A DNA stretch of 64,000 nucleotides. Source: an uncultured Desulfobulbaceae bacterium (GTDB taxonomy: Bacteria; Desulfobacterota; Desulfobulbia; Desulfobulbales; Desulfobulbaceae). Within the stretch, counting starts at the first letter, position 1. The number at the start of each line of letters is the position of its first letter. The notes below the pieces were generated by a model, which saw nothing but the letters and a program-made list of their open reading frames with translations, searched no databases and was not told where the DNA came from. Below, one piece after another: positions 61,924 through 64,000 of this stretch. The position numbers and the translations under genes are program-made. The stretch covers positions 13,539-77,538 of the forward strand of contig CAZVDY010000067.1 in assembly GCA_964626235.1 (NCBI GenBank), read 5' to 3'.

Positions 61924-63486
61924 GTGAAACAGCCCACCTCTGAACGCTCCAGCGGCATTCTGCTTCATATCACTTCATTGCCGGGACCTTACGGTATCGG
62001 CGACCTGGGGCGGGGAGCCCATGAATTCGTCAACTTTCTCGAGGCTGCCGGCCAGTCCTGGTGGCAGATCCTGCCCCTGGGCCCGACCAGCCCGGTCTTC
62101 GGCAACTCGCCCTACATGTCTGGCTCGGCCCTGGCAGGCAATCCCCTGCTCATCAGCCCGGAACTCCTCCTGGAACAGGGACTGATCTCCCCCTCCGAGC
62201 TGGAGACTTCCGGCTTCTCGGAATACCTGGTCGACTTCGGCCAGGTCATTCCCTGGAAGGAAAAACTGCTGGACAGTGCCTTCCAACGGTTCATGGCCGG
62301 CGGCGGCGAAAAAAAGCTGGACGAGTTTGCAGACCGCACTCCCTGGGTCCGGGATCACGCCCTGTTCCTGGCCCTCAAGGAAAGGTTCCGGCAGAAACCC
62401 TGGCACCGGTGGCCCGAGGGATTGCGGCGGAGGAAGAGCGGCCCCCTGCACAGTGCGGCCAGAGAGCTGCGCCGCCGGGTCCGGCGGCATATCTTTGCCC
62501 AGTACATCTTTTTCGGGCAGTGGCGCAAGCTCAGACGCCACGCGCAGGACAGGGGCGTGGCCATCATCGGCGACCTGCCCATCTACGTGGCTCACGATTC
62601 GGTGGACACCTGGGCCAACCAGGAAATCTTTGCGCTGGATGCGGCCAGCAGCCGGCCGACCCATGTCGCCGGTGTTCCGCCGGACTATTTCAGCAAGACC
62701 GGCCAGCTCTGGGGCAACCCCCTCTACCGCTGGAACAGCGGCAGCCGGAAGGTGGAGCAGCACCTCATGGCCTGGTGGGAAACCAGGCTGCAGACCCTCT
62801 TTTCCCTCGTGGATGCCGTCAGGATAGATCATTTCCGCGGCTTTGCCTCCTACTGGTCGGTTCCGGCCGGCGAGGTCACAGCCGTCAACGGCACCTGGCG
62901 TCAGGGGCCGGGGATCACCTTTTTCCGGGAGATGGAGCAGCGCCTCGGCAGGCTGGCAGTCATTGCCGAGGACCTGGGCATCATCACCCCGGAGGTGGAA
63001 CGACTCAGGGACGAGCTGGAATTTCCGGGAATGAAGATCCTCCTCTTCGGTTTTGACGGCTCTCCGGCGAACAGTCACCTGCCGCACACCTACGGACAAA
63101 ACTGCGTGGTCTACACCGGCACCCACGACAACGACACGGCCGTGGGCTGGTTCCTGAGCCCGGAGGTTCCCCGGGAGGCCAAGGTCCAGGCAAAACGGTA
63201 TGCAAACCGGGATGACATGGAGGTCGACACCTTTCACCGGGACCTGCTCTACCTGGCCTTCTCCTCCACGGCCCGGCTGGCCATCCTGCCCATGCAGGAC
63301 CTGCTCGGCTTTGGCAACGACTGCCGGATGAACAGGCCCGGAACCACCAGGGGCAACTGGCAGTGGCGTTGCGCCCCCCGCTTCATCACCCGGGAACTGG
63401 CCGACTGGCTCAGGGAGAAAACCGTCTTCTTCGGACGACTGCCCGAAACCGGGACCTCCGAGGACGGAAAAGGCAGGAAGCAATGA
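61924..63486 (+). CDS. malQ: 4-alpha-glucanotransferase (amylomaltase)
   Basis: RSSGILLHITSLPGPYGIGDLG, VRIDHFRGF, YTGTHDNDT. Start inferred at GTG 61924 with an AAGGA RBS. The track ORF opens at 61786. Confidence 0.85.
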   Translation: MKQPTSERSSGILLHITSLPGPYGIGDLGRGAHEFVNFLEAAGQSWWQILPLGPTSPVFGNSPYMSGSALAGNPLLISPELLLEQGLISPSELETSGFSEYLVDFGQVIPWKEKLLDSAFQRFMAGGGEKKLDEFADRTPWVRDHALFLALKERFRQKPWHRWPEGLRRRKSGPLHSAARELRRRVRRHIFAQYIFFGQWRKLRRHAQDRGVAIIGDLPIYVAHDSVDTWANQEIFALDAASSRPTHVAGVPPDYFSKTGQLWGNPLYRWNSGSRKVEQHLMAWWETRLQTLFSLVDAVRIDHFRGFASYWSVPAGEVTAVNGTWRQGPGITFFREMEQRLGRLAVIAEDLGIITPEVERLRDELEFPGMKILLFGFDGSPANSHLPHTYGQNCVVYTGTHDNDTAVGWFLSPEVPREAKVQAKRYANRDDMEVDTFHRDLLYLAFSSTARLAILPMQDLLGFGNDCRMNRPGTTRGNWQWRCAPRFITRELADWLREKTVFFGRLPETGTSEDGKGRKQ

Positions 63487-64000
63487 ACATCCTCGTCCTC
63501 CAGGGCAGTCCAAGGAAACAGGGCAACACGGCCATGCTTGTCGACCACCTCTGCAGGGCCCTGGCCGGGCATGGTCGGAAACCGGAGGTTGTCCGGCTGG
63601 CCGGGCTGGACATCCATCCCTGCATCGGCTGCGGGCACTGCGAACAGGACGGCGAGTGCGTTTTCAGGGACGGGATGGTCCCCCTGCTGGAGAAGATCGT
63701 CCGCGCGGACCGGATCGTGCTGGCCTCTCCGGTCTACTTCTACGGGGTAACGGCGCAGTGCAAAGTGGCCATCGACCGGTGCCAGGCCCTGTGGAGCAGA
63801 AAGTATGTCCTCGGCCGGACCGGTACCAGGCCGGGGAAGGTGAAGAAAGGCTACCTGCTCAGCGTTGCCGCCACCCGGGGAGACCGGGTCTTCGACGGCG
63901 TCATCCTGACGGCCCGCTATGCGTTGGATGCCATGGACTGCCGCTACAGCGGCGAACTGCTCGTCAGGGGCGTGGACAAGCCGGGTGCGATCCTGAAGCG
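63483..64000 (+). CDS. iron-sulfur flavoprotein / NAD(P)H-dependent FMN reductase family, 3' end beyond window
   Basis: ATGA overlap with the malQ stop. MNILVLQGSPRKQGNT (flavodoxin-like) and the compact Cys cluster CIGCGHCEQDGEC (Cx2Cx2Cx5C). The frame stays open to nt 64000, so it is absent from the ORF track. Confidence 0.7.
   Translation, partial: MNILVLQGSPRKQGNTAMLVDHLCRALAGHGRKPEVVRLAGLDIHPCIGCGHCEQDGECVFRDGMVPLLEKIVRADRIVLASPVYFYGVTAQCKVAIDRCQALWSRKYVLGRTGTRPGKVKKGYLLSVAATRGDRVFDGVILTARYALDAMDCRYSGELLVRGVDKPGAILK

Overview
64-kb, visibly G+C-rich bacterial chromosomal segment, tightly packed with about 60 protein-coding genes, many with ATGA or 4-nt start/stop overlaps. By eye I found no rRNA, tRNA, CRISPR array, transposase or integrase. 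The gene content (futalosine menaquinone pathway, citramalate synthase, MglA/MglB, PATAN/Roadblock proteins, MJ0042-type zinc ribbon, DUF4911-purB) suggests a Desulfobacterota/deltaproteobacterial host; this is inference only. Most genes are housekeeping: avtA, miaB, purB, recJ, miaA, cimA, lysC, trmL, serC, rlmN, purC, adk, two hsp20, the mqn cluster, an rpoD-like sigma and malQ. The ORF track uses GTG/TTG as well as ATG starts, and I refined several 5' ends from family N-termini and overlaps. Loci worth a second look: (1) A minus-strand run of PilZ, FliK-like, FlhB-CC-like, mglB, mglA and a 1059-aa hyper-acidic protein that starts 12 nt after mglA. That protein has two duplicated N-terminal domains and about 9 copies of an E-x-L-D-x-F-F-type short motif, and may be an MglA-linked polar hub. 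(2) An ArsP/DUF318-type permease whose conserved N-terminal region has no start codon unless an in-frame TGA (context Cys-Gly-TGA) is read through. Hairpins lie downstream, so this is a selenocysteine candidate. (3) An operon of zinc-ribbon/HAMP-only sensor, two PhnD-like binding proteins and a double-PATAN-like protein. (4) An ECF sigma operon that includes a secreted two-EF-hand protein. (5) A giant TPR/NfrA-like putative outer-membrane protein with a TIM-barrel-like partner. (6) A CHAD-ParA-SixA trio. All family names come from motif recognition by eye and memory; no database search was run.
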